A stretch of DNA of 64,000 nucleotides from Bacilli bacterium (GCA_017517765.1 JAFWYE010000010.1:2432-66431), one strand, 5' to 3'. Positions 9,865-20,065 are shown, counted from the first letter of the stretch. Numbers and translations are program-made. Notes: generated from the sequence alone by a model not told the origin.

Positions 9865-11009
9865 TGGAGTTTATTTATAAGTTATTTATAAAAGATAGCA
9901 AAACAGTTACAGAAAGTAATAGAGAGAAGTTTGGAATAGTATGTGGAGGAGTTGGAGTTTTTGCCAACGTTTTACTAGTTGTTTTAAAACTTATTATTGG
10001 AATTATTACTTCTAGTATCTCAATTATTGGTGATGCCATTAATAATATGAGTGACTCTCTAAGCTCTATTATTAATGTTTTCTCATTTAAAATAAATGCT
10101 AAACCTGCGGATAAAGAACATCCATATGGACATAGAAAAAGTGAGTACATAGGTGGTCTACTTGTATCTGTGCTTATTTTGTTTGTTTCATTTGAATTAT
10201 TTAGTTCATGTATATCAAGAATAATAACTCCAGTAGAAACTACAATCAATTTAGCTTTATTAATTGTTCTTATTATTAATATAATCATTAAGTTATTTAT
10301 GACTATCTTATATAGAAATACTTATAAGAAAATTAATTCAATTTCTCTTAAAGCTGCATATAAAGATTCATTAAATGATATATTGACTACATTTATTATT
10401 GTTGGTGGTTTATATACTGGTAGTCTATTTAAGGTAAATGTAGATGCATACTTAGGTATATTATTATCTATTTATATTTTTATAAGTGGTATTAATTTAG
10501 TTAGGGAGTCTATTGGAAAATTAATGACTGATACACTTAGTGGTGATCTTGTTGAAGAAATCATTGATAAAATTAGAGCTAATGAGCATGTCATTACAAC
10601 TCATGATGTGTTAACACATAAGTATGGAGAAGGAAAAGCATTTATGTCAATTCATGTTGAAATGGATGCATCTTATTCTTTGCTTAAAGCTCATAATATT
10701 GTAGACAAAATTGAAAGAAAAATAAAAGATGAATATGATATAGATATTTTAATTCATATTGATCCTGTGGATTTAAGCGATGATGAACTAGCGAGCGTTA
10801 AAACTATTGTAGAAGAAGCACTTAAAGATATAGATGAATCCTTTTCTGCTCATGATATAAGATTAGAAAAAAGTGAAAATAGACTTTATTTTGATTTAGA
10901 AATGCCTTATAAATATCACACTAGAAGTAAAGAATTTTTAGATTTAGTTAAAAATGAAATAAATAGAAAAGTAGATTATAAGTTATCTATAGATATCAAT
11001 TACAAATAA
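9864..11009 (+). CDS. Cation diffusion facilitator family transporter
   Basis: Six TM segments with DAINNMSDS and HPYGH motifs, plus a C-terminal cytoplasmic domain. Confidence 0.8.
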   Translation: MEFIYKLFIKDSKTVTESNREKFGIVCGGVGVFANVLLVVLKLIIGIITSSISIIGDAINNMSDSLSSIINVFSFKINAKPADKEHPYGHRKSEYIGGLLVSVLILFVSFELFSSCISRIITPVETTINLALLIVLIINIIIKLFMTILYRNTYKKINSISLKAAYKDSLNDILTTFIIVGGLYTGSLFKVNVDAYLGILLSIYIFISGINLVRESIGKLMTDTLSGDLVEEIIDKIRANEHVITTHDVLTHKYGEGKAFMSIHVEMDASYSLLKAHNIVDKIERKIKDEYDIDILIHIDPVDLSDDELASVKTIVEEALKDIDESFSAHDIRLEKSENRLYFDLEMPYKYHTRSKEFLDLVKNEINRKVDYKLSIDINYK

Positions 11010-11013
11010 AAAA

Positions 11014-11039
11014 AGGTTGGGAATCCAACCTCTTTTTTT
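11014..11039 (+). terminator. Rho-independent terminator
   Basis: Stem aggttgg / ccaacct, loop gaat, T-run. Confidence 0.75.
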
Positions 11040-11263
11040 GATAATTGGTAACTTAAGGTATAAAACAACATTTAGTTAATCACTGGAAAGGGGTATCTTT
11101 CTATGAAAAAGTATTTTAATAAAGCAATTACCACTTATCTACCTACATTATAAGTCTAGGGCAAACAAAATTCAATAATTATTTTTTTAGTGGTGGAAAG
11201 ATAAAAAATTTTTTATTGAAGGTGTTTTGTAAATGATATATTATATAGATGTGAGGTGTTTGT

Positions 11264-11686
11264 ATGAGAAAGTATTCAAGTAAAGTATTTAGAAAATTAT
11301 TAGCTAATAGAATAATTAATGAATGTGAAAGATTAAGAAAGTTTGATATAAGGGCTTCTTTTGGTGAAGAGTGTGATCACTATGATTCTAAACAAGATAT
11401 TTTTATTTATAGAGAAAAAGATAGTAATGATTTTGTTGGAGTAGTAAAAGGAATTGCATTTGAATATAAAGCAAACACTATTTATTGTTTTGCTAAGGAT
11501 AAAAAATATCCAAATTCTTTAGGGGTATTTAGAGTAATAACTGACGGAAACTATAGTGATGTCTCAAGTGAAATTAAATTCTTTGAAGCAGATTCAAAAA
11601 GAGGACAAGAATTATTGAGCAAGTATGAAGAAATTACTACATTAAAAGATAAATTTGTATCTAAAAGTAATAGTGTGAAAAGGTAA
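11264..11686 (+). CDS. Hypothetical protein (140 aa)
   Basis: RBS GTGAGGTG upstream and its own terminator (11679-11705). No recognisable motif. Confidence 0.5.
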   Translation: MRKYSSKVFRKLLANRIINECERLRKFDIRASFGEECDHYDSKQDIFIYREKDSNDFVGVVKGIAFEYKANTIYCFAKDKKYPNSLGVFRVITDGNYSDVSSEIKFFEADSKRGQELLSKYEEITTLKDKFVSKSNSVKR

Positions 11687-11705
11687 TGAAAATTACCTTT
11701 TTTTA
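11679..11705 (+). terminator. Rho-independent terminator
   Basis: Stem aaaggtaat / attaccttt followed by a T-run. Confidence 0.7.
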
Positions 11706-11818
11706 TTCTTGGTATAAGAAAATTGTCGAGTGGAAGTTAATGAATTTGCTTACATGAAAAATTTTTGAATGTTAAAATATAAGTGTTGAATTAATGGCTA
11801 GAGAGGAGATACTTATAA

Positions 11819-12307
11819 ATGAAATATAAAATAAATGATCATGTAATACATAAAAATGAAGGACTATGTGTAGTTAATGATATAGTTGTAATGGTAGGTA
11901 GAGAATATTATAAAATGAATGTCATAAATAAAAGCGAAAATACAACGATTTATTTACCAATAAGTAAAGAAGATGAAATGCTTATGGAACTTATGACAAA
12001 AAATGAAGCAGATATATTATTAGACTATATGAAGAGTCTAAAAGAGGAGATAGTAGAGTCTAGTAAAGAGAGAAGAAACGAATTTACTAAATTGTTATCT
12101 AGCGGAGATAAAAAAGATTTAGTTTATATAATTAAGTATTTATATCTTTTAAAAAAGGATAAAGATAAAAAGAATGTAAAACTAGGGGAACAAGATACCA
12201 ATACATATAATAAAGCATGTGATTTATTATACGATGAGTTAGCAATAGTATATGATATAAGTAGAGATAAAGTAGAAGAATTTATTGCAAATAGAATGGA
12301 AAGTTGA
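11819..12307 (+). CDS. CarD/CdnL/TRCF-domain family protein (putative RNA-polymerase-interacting regulator)
   Basis: The N-terminal YKINDHVIHKNEGLCVVNDIV...YYKM fits the CarD_CdnL_TRCF Tudor-like pattern. The C-terminal half is helical. Confidence 0.6.
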   Translation: MKYKINDHVIHKNEGLCVVNDIVVMVGREYYKMNVINKSENTTIYLPISKEDEMLMELMTKNEADILLDYMKSLKEEIVESSKERRNEFTKLLSSGDKKDLVYIIKYLYLLKKDKDKKNVKLGEQDTNTYNKACDLLYDELAIVYDISRDKVEEFIANRMES

Positions 12308-12333
12308 ATAAGTAATTGCTTATTCAATTTTTT
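12304..12333 (+). terminator. Rho-independent terminator
   Basis: Stem ttgaataag / cttattcaa, 6-nt loop, T-run. Confidence 0.65.
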
Positions 12334-12386
12334 AATATTAGTGACTTTAAAGCGTTTAAATTGTATAATTACTATGTGGTGATAAT

Positions 12387-13769
12387 ATGAAAAAGATAAA
12401 GGTAATGGTAAAAGATAAAAATACATTAATTTTGCTTGAGGATGCAAAATGTGATGATGTAATTGATTTAAGTGATCTAAATGAATTGGATTATGATCAA
12501 ATTGAGTTACTTATAGAAAAAGGAAAAGATACTATATACTTAAAGAAACTTGAAGAATATAGAAAAGTTATAGATTTAGAAAACCAAAAGGTATTAAATT
12601 CAAAAGTTAATGAATTAAATAATATAATTAGTACCCTAAATAATAAGATTGACTCTATGAATAAAGAAAAGATATTTTTACTTAAAGATAAAGAAAATGA
12701 AGTAGAAAAAAGATTTATTGATGAAATAAATAAACTAAAGAATGAATTAGAAAGAGCCAAACTTAATAAAGACTATGAAATTACCTCAATTAAAAACGAA
12801 CATAATTTAGTTATTAGTGATCTAAATAATAAAATTAATAATCACTCTGTTGAGTTAACTTATAAAGTAAAAGAAAAGGAAAGCGAAATTACTTCTTTAA
12901 AAGATAAAGAAATAGGAATTTTAAAAGAGGAATATGAAAATAAAATAAAAGAAAAGGATGAAATGATTAATTTACTTCAAAGACAAAAGGCTAGCTTAAA
13001 TGTTAAACAAACTGGAGAAGATTTAGAGTCTTGGTGTAATAATGAAGTTATTTCATATATGCAAAATGGGTTACTTAATTGCAAATGGATTAAAGATAAT
13101 GAAGTAATTAAAGACGAAGGGGAAAGTAAGGGAAGTAAAGCTGATTACATCTTTAAAATTTATGCTGGTGAAGATAAGAATGAAGAAGATTTATTGACTA
13201 GTATATGTATGGATATGAAAGATGAGAATCCAGATTCAGTTAATAAAAAAAGCAATGCTGATTATTATAAGCAATTAGACAAGAATAGAATTAAGAAGAA
13301 TTGTAAATATGCCCTTCTTGTTTCTAATTTAGAAATTGATAAACCTAATGATTTGCCTATGTTTAAGGTTAGTGACTATAAAGATATGTATGTAGTAAGA
13401 CCTGCTTATTTAATGACGTTTTTAAATATGATTGCTTCTCTTGTTTCTAGATTTGCAACACTTGTAAAAGCTGATAAACAAAGTAAGTTAGATCTTAAAA
13501 ATGCAATTGACTTATCAAATCAATTTGACGAACTTAAATTAACGTATTTAGATAAACCACTTTCTAATTTAGAAAGTCATGTTAATGATATTTTAAAGCA
13601 AAATGAAGTTATAATGAATGCTAGTAATAAAGTTAGTGAATCGTGTAATAAAATAATTAATTCTTATATAAATCAAATTCATGATAAGTTAAGTAAATTT
13701 GAAATTAAAATTAATAAAGAATATAAAAAGTATGATAGGTTAGAGATGAATAATGAGACTAGTAATTAA
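12387..13769 (+). CDS. DUF2130-family protein (N-terminal coiled coil plus C-terminal restriction-endonuclease-like core)
   Basis: GEDLESWC...GSKADYIFKIY...ICMDMKDE...NADYYKQLDKNRIKKNCKYALLVSNLE follows the DUF2130 pattern as I recall it. Confidence 0.65.
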   Translation: MKKIKVMVKDKNTLILLEDAKCDDVIDLSDLNELDYDQIELLIEKGKDTIYLKKLEEYRKVIDLENQKVLNSKVNELNNIISTLNNKIDSMNKEKIFLLKDKENEVEKRFIDEINKLKNELERAKLNKDYEITSIKNEHNLVISDLNNKINNHSVELTYKVKEKESEITSLKDKEIGILKEEYENKIKEKDEMINLLQRQKASLNVKQTGEDLESWCNNEVISYMQNGLLNCKWIKDNEVIKDEGESKGSKADYIFKIYAGEDKNEEDLLTSICMDMKDENPDSVNKKSNADYYKQLDKNRIKKNCKYALLVSNLEIDKPNDLPMFKVSDYKDMYVVRPAYLMTFLNMIASLVSRFATLVKADKQSKLDLKNAIDLSNQFDELKLTYLDKPLSNLESHVNDILKQNEVIMNASNKVSESCNKIINSYINQIHDKLSKFEIKINKEYKKYDRLEMNNETSN

Positions 13770-15639
13770 TAATGGCAAGATTGAGTTTGCTGGTAATGCA
13801 ATAATTGAACATATTAATTTTGATATTAAAGATAATTCTAAAATTGCTATAATTGGTAGTAATGGTAGTGGGAAGACTAGTTTACTAAAAGTTATTGAAG
13901 GAGAATTAGATTTAACTTTTGATAGTAGTAATCTAGATGGCTATATTTCTAAGAGTAATGATTTTGATTTGGGATATTTAAAGCAAATATCTTTTAGTGA
14001 TGATAGTATAACTTTAGAAGAAGCAATGCTAGAGTGCTATAAAAAAGTTATTGCTTTAGAAAATAGATTAAGAGAATTAGAAGAAATATTACAAACTGAT
14101 ATGAGTGATAAGGTTATAAGTGAGTATTCTAAAACACAAGAGCTATTTGAAAATATGGATGGATATTATTATCAAAAAGAATATAGTACTGTGCTAAAGA
14201 AGTTTGGGTTTACTAAAGATATGTTTAGTAAGCCTCTTTCTTCGTTTTCTGGAGGAGAGAGGACAAAGATTGCTTTTGTTAAATTATTACTATCTAAGCC
14301 TGATTTATTACTTCTTGATGAACCTACTAATCATCTTGATTTGGAAGCGATAGAATGGCTAGAAGAATATTTAAAGAATTATAAAAAGGCATTTATTGTA
14401 GTAAGCCATGATAGAGAGTTTATTAATCATGTGGCTAAAGAAGTATATGAAATTGAATATAATACTTTAAATAAATATAGTGGTAACTATGATGAGTATT
14501 TAATAGAAAAAGAAACTAGACATAAAACTTTAGTTAAAGAATATGAAAAGCAACAAAAGGAAATTGCACATCAACAAGAACTTATAGATAGGTTTAGATA
14601 TAAGGCTACTAAGGCTAAAATGGTGCAATCAAGAATCAAACAACTAGATAAAATGGATGTTATAGAAGCGCCCAAAGAGACTAAGAAGAAGACTTTTAAA
14701 ATGAATATTAATCCAGTTAGTGAAAGCGGTAAGGAAGTACTTTCTATTAGAGAACTATCAGTTGGATATAATAGCGAATTAGCAAAGATAAGTTTAGATA
14801 TATATAAAGGGGAAAAGTTAGCTATAATTGGAGAAAATGGTAGTGGTAAGTCTACAATATTGAAAACAATTATGGGTATGATTTCTCCTCTTTCTGGAGA
14901 ATATAAATATGGATTTAATGTTAAGATAGGCTATTTTGATCAACAAGTTGCTAGTAAAACTAGTGATAAAACCATTTTAGAAGATTATCAAGATACATTT
15001 CCTTTTTTAACTAATCAAGAGGCTAGAAACGATTTAGGATGTTTTCTTTTTAGTGGTAAAGATGTAGATAAGAAGATTAATGTTTTATCCGGGGGAGAGA
15101 TAGTTAGATTATCTTTAGCTAAAATATTTAAAACTAGACCTAATCTATTGATTTTAGATGAACCTACTAACCACATGGATATAGTGAGTAAAGAAACTAT
15201 TGAAAAGATGTTAAAGTCATATAAAGGAACTGTTATTTTTGTGAGCCATGATAGATATTTTGTTAGAAAGATTTCTGATTCATTGCTTGTTTTAAAGGAT
15301 GGGGGAGTTAACTATTATCCATATGGATATAGTCAATACATGTCTAAAAAGGAAGATAAAACATTTATTGTTAAAGAAGAAGTAAAGAAGGAAAAACCGG
15401 TTGAAAAAAAAGATAGAAACACACTAAAAAAGGAGCTATCTAGTTTAGAGAAACTTATTAATGAAAAAGAAAATAGAATAAAGGAAATAGAATTAGAATT
15501 TGAAAAAGAAGAAGTATATTCTGATTTTATGATTATGCAAGAATTAGAAAATGAAAGTGAAGAGTTAGAAGATGAGATACAATCTTTGACTTTAAAATGG
15601 GAAGAGGTAGTTGTTCTTTTAGAGGAAAAAGGTATTTAA
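13753..15639 (+). CDS. ABC-F family ATPase (two ABC domains plus a C-terminal coiled coil)
   Basis: Walker A GSNGSGKTS and GENGSGKST, signatures LSGGERTK and LSGGEIVR, no TM domain. Confidence 0.85.
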   Translation: MRLVINNGKIEFAGNAIIEHINFDIKDNSKIAIIGSNGSGKTSLLKVIEGELDLTFDSSNLDGYISKSNDFDLGYLKQISFSDDSITLEEAMLECYKKVIALENRLRELEEILQTDMSDKVISEYSKTQELFENMDGYYYQKEYSTVLKKFGFTKDMFSKPLSSFSGGERTKIAFVKLLLSKPDLLLLDEPTNHLDLEAIEWLEEYLKNYKKAFIVVSHDREFINHVAKEVYEIEYNTLNKYSGNYDEYLIEKETRHKTLVKEYEKQQKEIAHQQELIDRFRYKATKAKMVQSRIKQLDKMDVIEAPKETKKKTFKMNINPVSESGKEVLSIRELSVGYNSELAKISLDIYKGEKLAIIGENGSGKSTILKTIMGMISPLSGEYKYGFNVKIGYFDQQVASKTSDKTILEDYQDTFPFLTNQEARNDLGCFLFSGKDVDKKINVLSGGEIVRLSLAKIFKTRPNLLILDEPTNHMDIVSKETIEKMLKSYKGTVIFVSHDRYFVRKISDSLLVLKDGGVNYYPYGYSQYMSKKEDKTFIVKEEVKKEKPVEKKDRNTLKKELSSLEKLINEKENRIKEIELEFEKEEVYSDFMIMQELENESEELEDEIQSLTLKWEEVVVLLEEKGI

Positions 15640-15672
15640 ATATAATATTGATTATTAAATTAGGAGGAAAAT

Positions 15673-16419
15673 ATGATTTTTAAAAAAGCAAAATTTGATA
15701 TAGATTATAATAATATTCCTAAGCATGTTGCTTTTATAATGGATGGTAATGGTAGATGGGCAAAGAATAAAGGATTAATGAGGAGTGCAGGACACAAAGC
15801 TGGAGCAGAAACATTATTTTCTCTAGCTAAAGATGCTAAAGAACTAGGAGTTGAAGTTGTTACTGTATATGCTTTTTCTACTGAAAACTGGAAAAGAAAT
15901 AAGGAAGAGATAAATTATATATTTAAGTTAATGGAAACTGTATTTGAAGAAAAATACGAAGAAATGCAAAAAAATAATATTAAAGTTAGAATGATAGGAA
16001 CTCTAGATAGATTAGTTGGTGAATATGATTCATTAAAGAAAAAAATAGAAAAGATTATTGATGATACTAAAAATAATGATGGCATAACTTTAAATATCGC
16101 ATTTAACTATGGAAGTAAAGATGAAATAATTAGAGCGGTTAGAAATATAAGTAAAGATGTTAAAGAGGATAGGATTAAGATAGATGAGATAAATGAAGAC
16201 TTATTTGAAACATATCTTATGACACATGGATTGCCTAAAATTGACTTAATGATTAGAACAAGTGGTGAACAAAGATTATCTAACTTTTTGTTGTGGCAAC
16301 TAGCTTATACTGAGATGATTTTTACCTCTACATACTGGCCGGATTTTAATTCAAAAGAATTGAAAAAGTGTATTTTAGAGTATCAAAAACGAGATAGAAG
16401 ATACGGAAATGCTAAATAA
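15673..16419 (+). CDS. uppS: Undecaprenyl diphosphate synthase (isoprenyl transferase)
   Basis: HVAFIMDGNGRWA, FSTENWKR and RTSGEQRLSNFLLWQ. Confidence 0.9.
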   Translation: MIFKKAKFDIDYNNIPKHVAFIMDGNGRWAKNKGLMRSAGHKAGAETLFSLAKDAKELGVEVVTVYAFSTENWKRNKEEINYIFKLMETVFEEKYEEMQKNNIKVRMIGTLDRLVGEYDSLKKKIEKIIDDTKNNDGITLNIAFNYGSKDEIIRAVRNISKDVKEDRIKIDEINEDLFETYLMTHGLPKIDLMIRTSGEQRLSNFLLWQLAYTEMIFTSTYWPDFNSKELKKCILEYQKRDRRYGNAK

Positions 16420-16493
16420 TAAGAAACATAATTAATCAAATATAATGTAAAAAAAAGTAAAAAATAATATACTTTAATTAAGTGGTGATTAAT

Positions 16494-18068
16494 ATGAAAA
16501 AGTGTATTATTTTTTTATTGTCAATATTTATGATAACTATATCGGGTTGTACTATTGATTATAAAGCTTATTTTGCTTTTTATGGAGATGATATATTAAA
16601 TGGTGAAACCCCAGGGGGGCAAACGCCTCCAGAGAGTGGAACTACCCAACCTGGCCAAACTCCAGGAGGAGAATCAGGAAGTGGAACTACTCAACCTGGC
16701 CAAACTCCAGGAGGAGAATCAGGAAGTGGACAAACTCCAAGTGTATCACCAGGGACTTTAATGAGTACGATTATTCCTGATGGAGTATTATCATATCCTA
16801 GTAATAACTCGGCTTTGATTGCAGAAAGAGGAGATTATTATGAGTATGCAACAGATATTAGTGTGTACTCAAGTTATTATTCAAGTGAGTATGACACATT
16901 ATATATTGCCTACACTAAGAATGGAGCAAACACTCAAACTTTAGATGCTAGAGATTTAGCTTTAATTGAAGAACATATATTATATTATTTTGTAAGTGAT
17001 GCTAGAAAAAGCGAATATAGGGATTATATTAATGTAATAAGAATTTATTCGGATTATGCTACAAGTGCATGTAGATCACCAATGGATCCTAGTTATTCTC
17101 AAATCATGGGGTGCGCAGATTATGATCAAGTTGATGCAGCGATTAATTTAAATGGTGTTAACTCAATGAATGAGTTTTTAAACGATACAATGGGATATCA
17201 ACCAAAACGTGATACATTTGCTCATGAATATGGTCATGTATCTACTTATTATCATATGATTCTAAAAAATAGAGGAAATTATGAGGAATATCTAAAAATT
17301 AGATTAGGGGATCAATATGATGTGATTTATCCTGATGGTTTATTACAAGAGTATGATAGTAATGATACATATTATATTCAGCCTTCAGAGATTTTAGCAG
17401 ATGATTATGTAGATATGTATTACGATGTAAGTCAAAAGGCTGTTACAGATCAAAATGATTATGATATATCATATACTGATGAAAGAAACTCTTTAACAGG
17501 TACTAGTGCAGTAAAAGATTTAAATACAAATCCTACTTTGTATGCTAAAGTAAAAGCTTACTATAACAATTATTTAAATAAAGAGGAAAATGTACTTTCT
17601 ACCCCAAAAGTTGTAAATGCTACAGGAAAAGTTTATGGATCTATTAAAGCGGTAACTGATGGAAGTGCTATTCTTACATTATCTGCTAAAAAAGCGATTG
17701 TAATATCTGAAGTGATAATTAATGGAGTAACATATTACAAAATTATCTTGTCTAATATAACTAAAGCATCTGAAAGAGGCGGAGATTTAAGAGATTACAC
17801 AAAGAACGTTGGATATATATTAAAATCTAATTGTACAATCACTAGTGGTAGTGTCTTAAAATTCACAAGATTTAATGGAAGTACTATAGAATCAAATTCT
17901 TATATACCATTAAATTCCTCTCATATATCTGGATTGCCTTATTCAGTAGACTTGCTTCCTCACTATGAATTCTCGTATTTTGTTGAGACAAGCGGCAAGT
18001 TAGAATTATATAATTTATTTGATTCTACATTTGGAATTCAAAAATTCTCATCTAGTCAATTCAAATAA
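16494..18068 (+). CDS. Lipoprotein with an HExxH zinc-metallopeptidase motif and a Pro/Gly/Thr-rich repeat linker
   Basis: Lipobox ITISGC, tandem GTTQPGQTPGGESGS repeats, and HEYGH at 17223-17237. Confidence 0.7.
   Translation: MKKCIIFLLSIFMITISGCTIDYKAYFAFYGDDILNGETPGGQTPPESGTTQPGQTPGGESGSGTTQPGQTPGGESGSGQTPSVSPGTLMSTIIPDGVLSYPSNNSALIAERGDYYEYATDISVYSSYYSSEYDTLYIAYTKNGANTQTLDARDLALIEEHILYYFVSDARKSEYRDYINVIRIYSDYATSACRSPMDPSYSQIMGCADYDQVDAAINLNGVNSMNEFLNDTMGYQPKRDTFAHEYGHVSTYYHMILKNRGNYEEYLKIRLGDQYDVIYPDGLLQEYDSNDTYYIQPSEILADDYVDMYYDVSQKAVTDQNDYDISYTDERNSLTGTSAVKDLNTNPTLYAKVKAYYNNYLNKEENVLSTPKVVNATGKVYGSIKAVTDGSAILTLSAKKAIVISEVIINGVTYYKIILSNITKASERGGDLRDYTKNVGYILKSNCTITSGSVLKFTRFNGSTIESNSYIPLNSSHISGLPYSVDLLPHYEFSYFVETSGKLELYNLFDSTFGIQKFSSSQFK
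16635..16730 (+). repeat. In-frame 45-nt tandem repeat (2.1 copies) inside the lipoprotein gene
   Basis: Units at 16635-16679 and 16680-16724 differ at one base (c/t). A third copy begins at 16725. Confidence 0.9.
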
Positions 18069-18075
18069 AAATAAG

Positions 18076-18100
18076 AAAACCAATTTTTGGTTTTTTTATT
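18076..18100 (+). terminator. Rho-independent terminator
   Basis: Stem aaaacca / tggtttt with a T-run. Confidence 0.6.
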
Positions 18101-18147
18101 TTACTTTTATGCTATACTAAATAACGTAGTTAAAGGGGTAGATGTAG

Positions 18148-18495
18148 ATGAAGGGATTAATAATTAAATCGCCATGGATTGATTATATTCTAGATAAAGA
18201 AAAAATATGGGAAATAAGGGGTAGTAGTACTACCATTAGAGGTCCTATTTTACTTATAAAGAGTGGTACTGATAAAGTATATGGAGAGTGTAATTTAGTA
18301 GATTGTATAGAACTTGATTATACTGGCTATAAAAATAATGTGAGTAAGCACCATATTACACAAATAACAAGTGATATTTTGCCATATAAGAGAACTTATG
18401 CTTGGGTATTAAAAGATGTAGTTAGATATGACACACCTAAAAAATATACCAAAAAACCAGGAGCTATTGTTTGGGTGAATGTTGAAACATTCTAG
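18148..18495 (+). CDS. ASCH (PUA-like) domain protein
   Basis: 115 aa. IKSPWIDYILDKEKIWEIRG...ILLIKSG resembles ASCH domains. Confidence 0.55.
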   Translation: MKGLIIKSPWIDYILDKEKIWEIRGSSTTIRGPILLIKSGTDKVYGECNLVDCIELDYTGYKNNVSKHHITQITSDILPYKRTYAWVLKDVVRYDTPKKYTKKPGAIVWVNVETF

Positions 18496-18504
18496 GAGAA
18501 ATTA

Positions 18505-19452
18505 ATGAAAACACATTACAAAAAAGATTTTAATAGGGACAAAACAAATCATAAAAATGAAAATACTAGTAAAGATTACGTCGTAAGAAATAAGACAATC
18601 CTACTAGATTTTTTGCTTGCTAATGTAAAAGGACAATCTAGAAATAATATAAAAAATTTATTGACTAGAAAATACGTTTTGGTAAATGGGAGTGTTGTGA
18701 GCCAATATAACTATGAATTATCTGTTAAAGATATTGTTTCTATTTGTAAAAATCCAGTTAATACAAATCAAAAAGAGAGTGTTCGCTATAGCAAAAATAA
18801 GAGTAATTTAGATATTATTTACGAAGATGAAAATATAATTGTAATAAATAAACCTGCAGGATTACTATCGATTGCAAGTGATAATGAAAAAGTAGAAACA
18901 GCTTACAGATTGGTTTTGGACTATGTTAAGAAAAATAACCCGAGAAGTAGAGTATATGTAACTCATAGAATTGATAAAGAAACTTCAGGAGTTTTAATGT
19001 TTAGCAAAAGTGAAAAGTTAAGAGATGAACTTCAAGATAACTGGAATGATATAGTTTCTAAAAGAGGTTATTATGCCCTAGTAGAAGGAAAACTAGAGAA
19101 AAATGAAGATACCATAGTAAATTATTTAATGGAGACTTCTACTAATGTTATGTATGCTAGTAATGACAAAAAACATGGCAAAAAAGCTGTGACTCATTAT
19201 AAAGTTATTAAGTCTAGTTCTAAATACAGTCTTTTAGATGTAAATATAGATAGTGGAAGGAAAAATCAAATTAGGGTGGCACTATCTAACATTAATCATC
19301 CAATAGTTGGAGATGATAAATATGGTAATAAAGTTAGTGTTATTAAAAGATTAGGACTTCATGCATATGAATTAGATATTACTATATCTAACAAAGAGTA
19401 TAAATTTGTTGCAAAGATGCCGTCTATTTTTAATAGTGTCTTTTCTAAATAA
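18505..19452 (+). CDS. RluA-family pseudouridine synthase with an S4-like N-terminal domain
   Basis: Catalytic HRIDKETSGVLMFSKS and SGRKNQIRV. Confidence 0.8.
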   Translation: MKTHYKKDFNRDKTNHKNENTSKDYVVRNKTILLDFLLANVKGQSRNNIKNLLTRKYVLVNGSVVSQYNYELSVKDIVSICKNPVNTNQKESVRYSKNKSNLDIIYEDENIIVINKPAGLLSIASDNEKVETAYRLVLDYVKKNNPRSRVYVTHRIDKETSGVLMFSKSEKLRDELQDNWNDIVSKRGYYALVEGKLEKNEDTIVNYLMETSTNVMYASNDKKHGKKAVTHYKVIKSSSKYSLLDVNIDSGRKNQIRVALSNINHPIVGDDKYGNKVSVIKRLGLHAYELDITISNKEYKFVAKMPSIFNSVFSK

Positions 19453-19537
19453 AAATATATTTTTTTTATGGATTTATATAGAATCATGATATAATTTTTA
19501 TATCGAATATACTTGAATTCTTTTAGGGGGAGTAGTT

Positions 19538-20065
19538 ATGGTAAGAAGATTAGATGATACTAAGGTTGGAGAGTATAAAAATAGTTGGTTTTTTGAACTT
19601 GTACAATTACTTATTTCAATACTTGGATGTATAGCGGTTTTTTTAATTCCTATAACATATAATGTTGTTAAAGGGGAAAGTGAAACAACAATGACAGCTA
19701 TGTCACCTGTGAACTATTTGTTCTCTGATCCAGCTGGTTGCTATACTAAAGTTTTATCAATAGCAATACTGGTGTTTTTTGGCTTTTTATTGCTTAATAT
19801 ATTTGCTTTGCTAGCAATACCAAAAGTTAGCAAGTCTGTCTATGTGAAAGTTTCAAAAATCATTGAGGGCATTTTGGCTCTTGTGTGCATTGCTCTACTT
19901 TCATATTATATGGTTCATTTATTCAATAGTAGTTATTTTGTGAATATGGATCATGTTGAGGGAATGTATAAATTAGTTATAATTTATATTGGCATAATAG
20001 GTTTTGCGCTTATTAATTCAATATTTGTTTGCTTTACTTCAAAAAAAGTATCTATTTATGACTAA
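19538..20065 (+). CDS. Hypothetical polytopic membrane protein (175 aa)
   Basis: Four to five hydrophobic segments. RBS GGGGGAG upstream. Confidence 0.55.
   Translation: MVRRLDDTKVGEYKNSWFFELVQLLISILGCIAVFLIPITYNVVKGESETTMTAMSPVNYLFSDPAGCYTKVLSIAILVFFGFLLLNIFALLAIPKVSKSVYVKVSKIIEGILALVCIALLSYYMVHLFNSSYFVNMDHVEGMYKLVIIYIGIIGFALINSIFVCFTSKKVSIYD

Noticed and set aside
16635-16730. Tandem repeat considered as a possible CRISPR or minisatellite
   Set aside because: There are only 2.1 directly adjacent copies with no spacers. The repeat is in-frame inside a lipoprotein linker, so it is a coding repeat.
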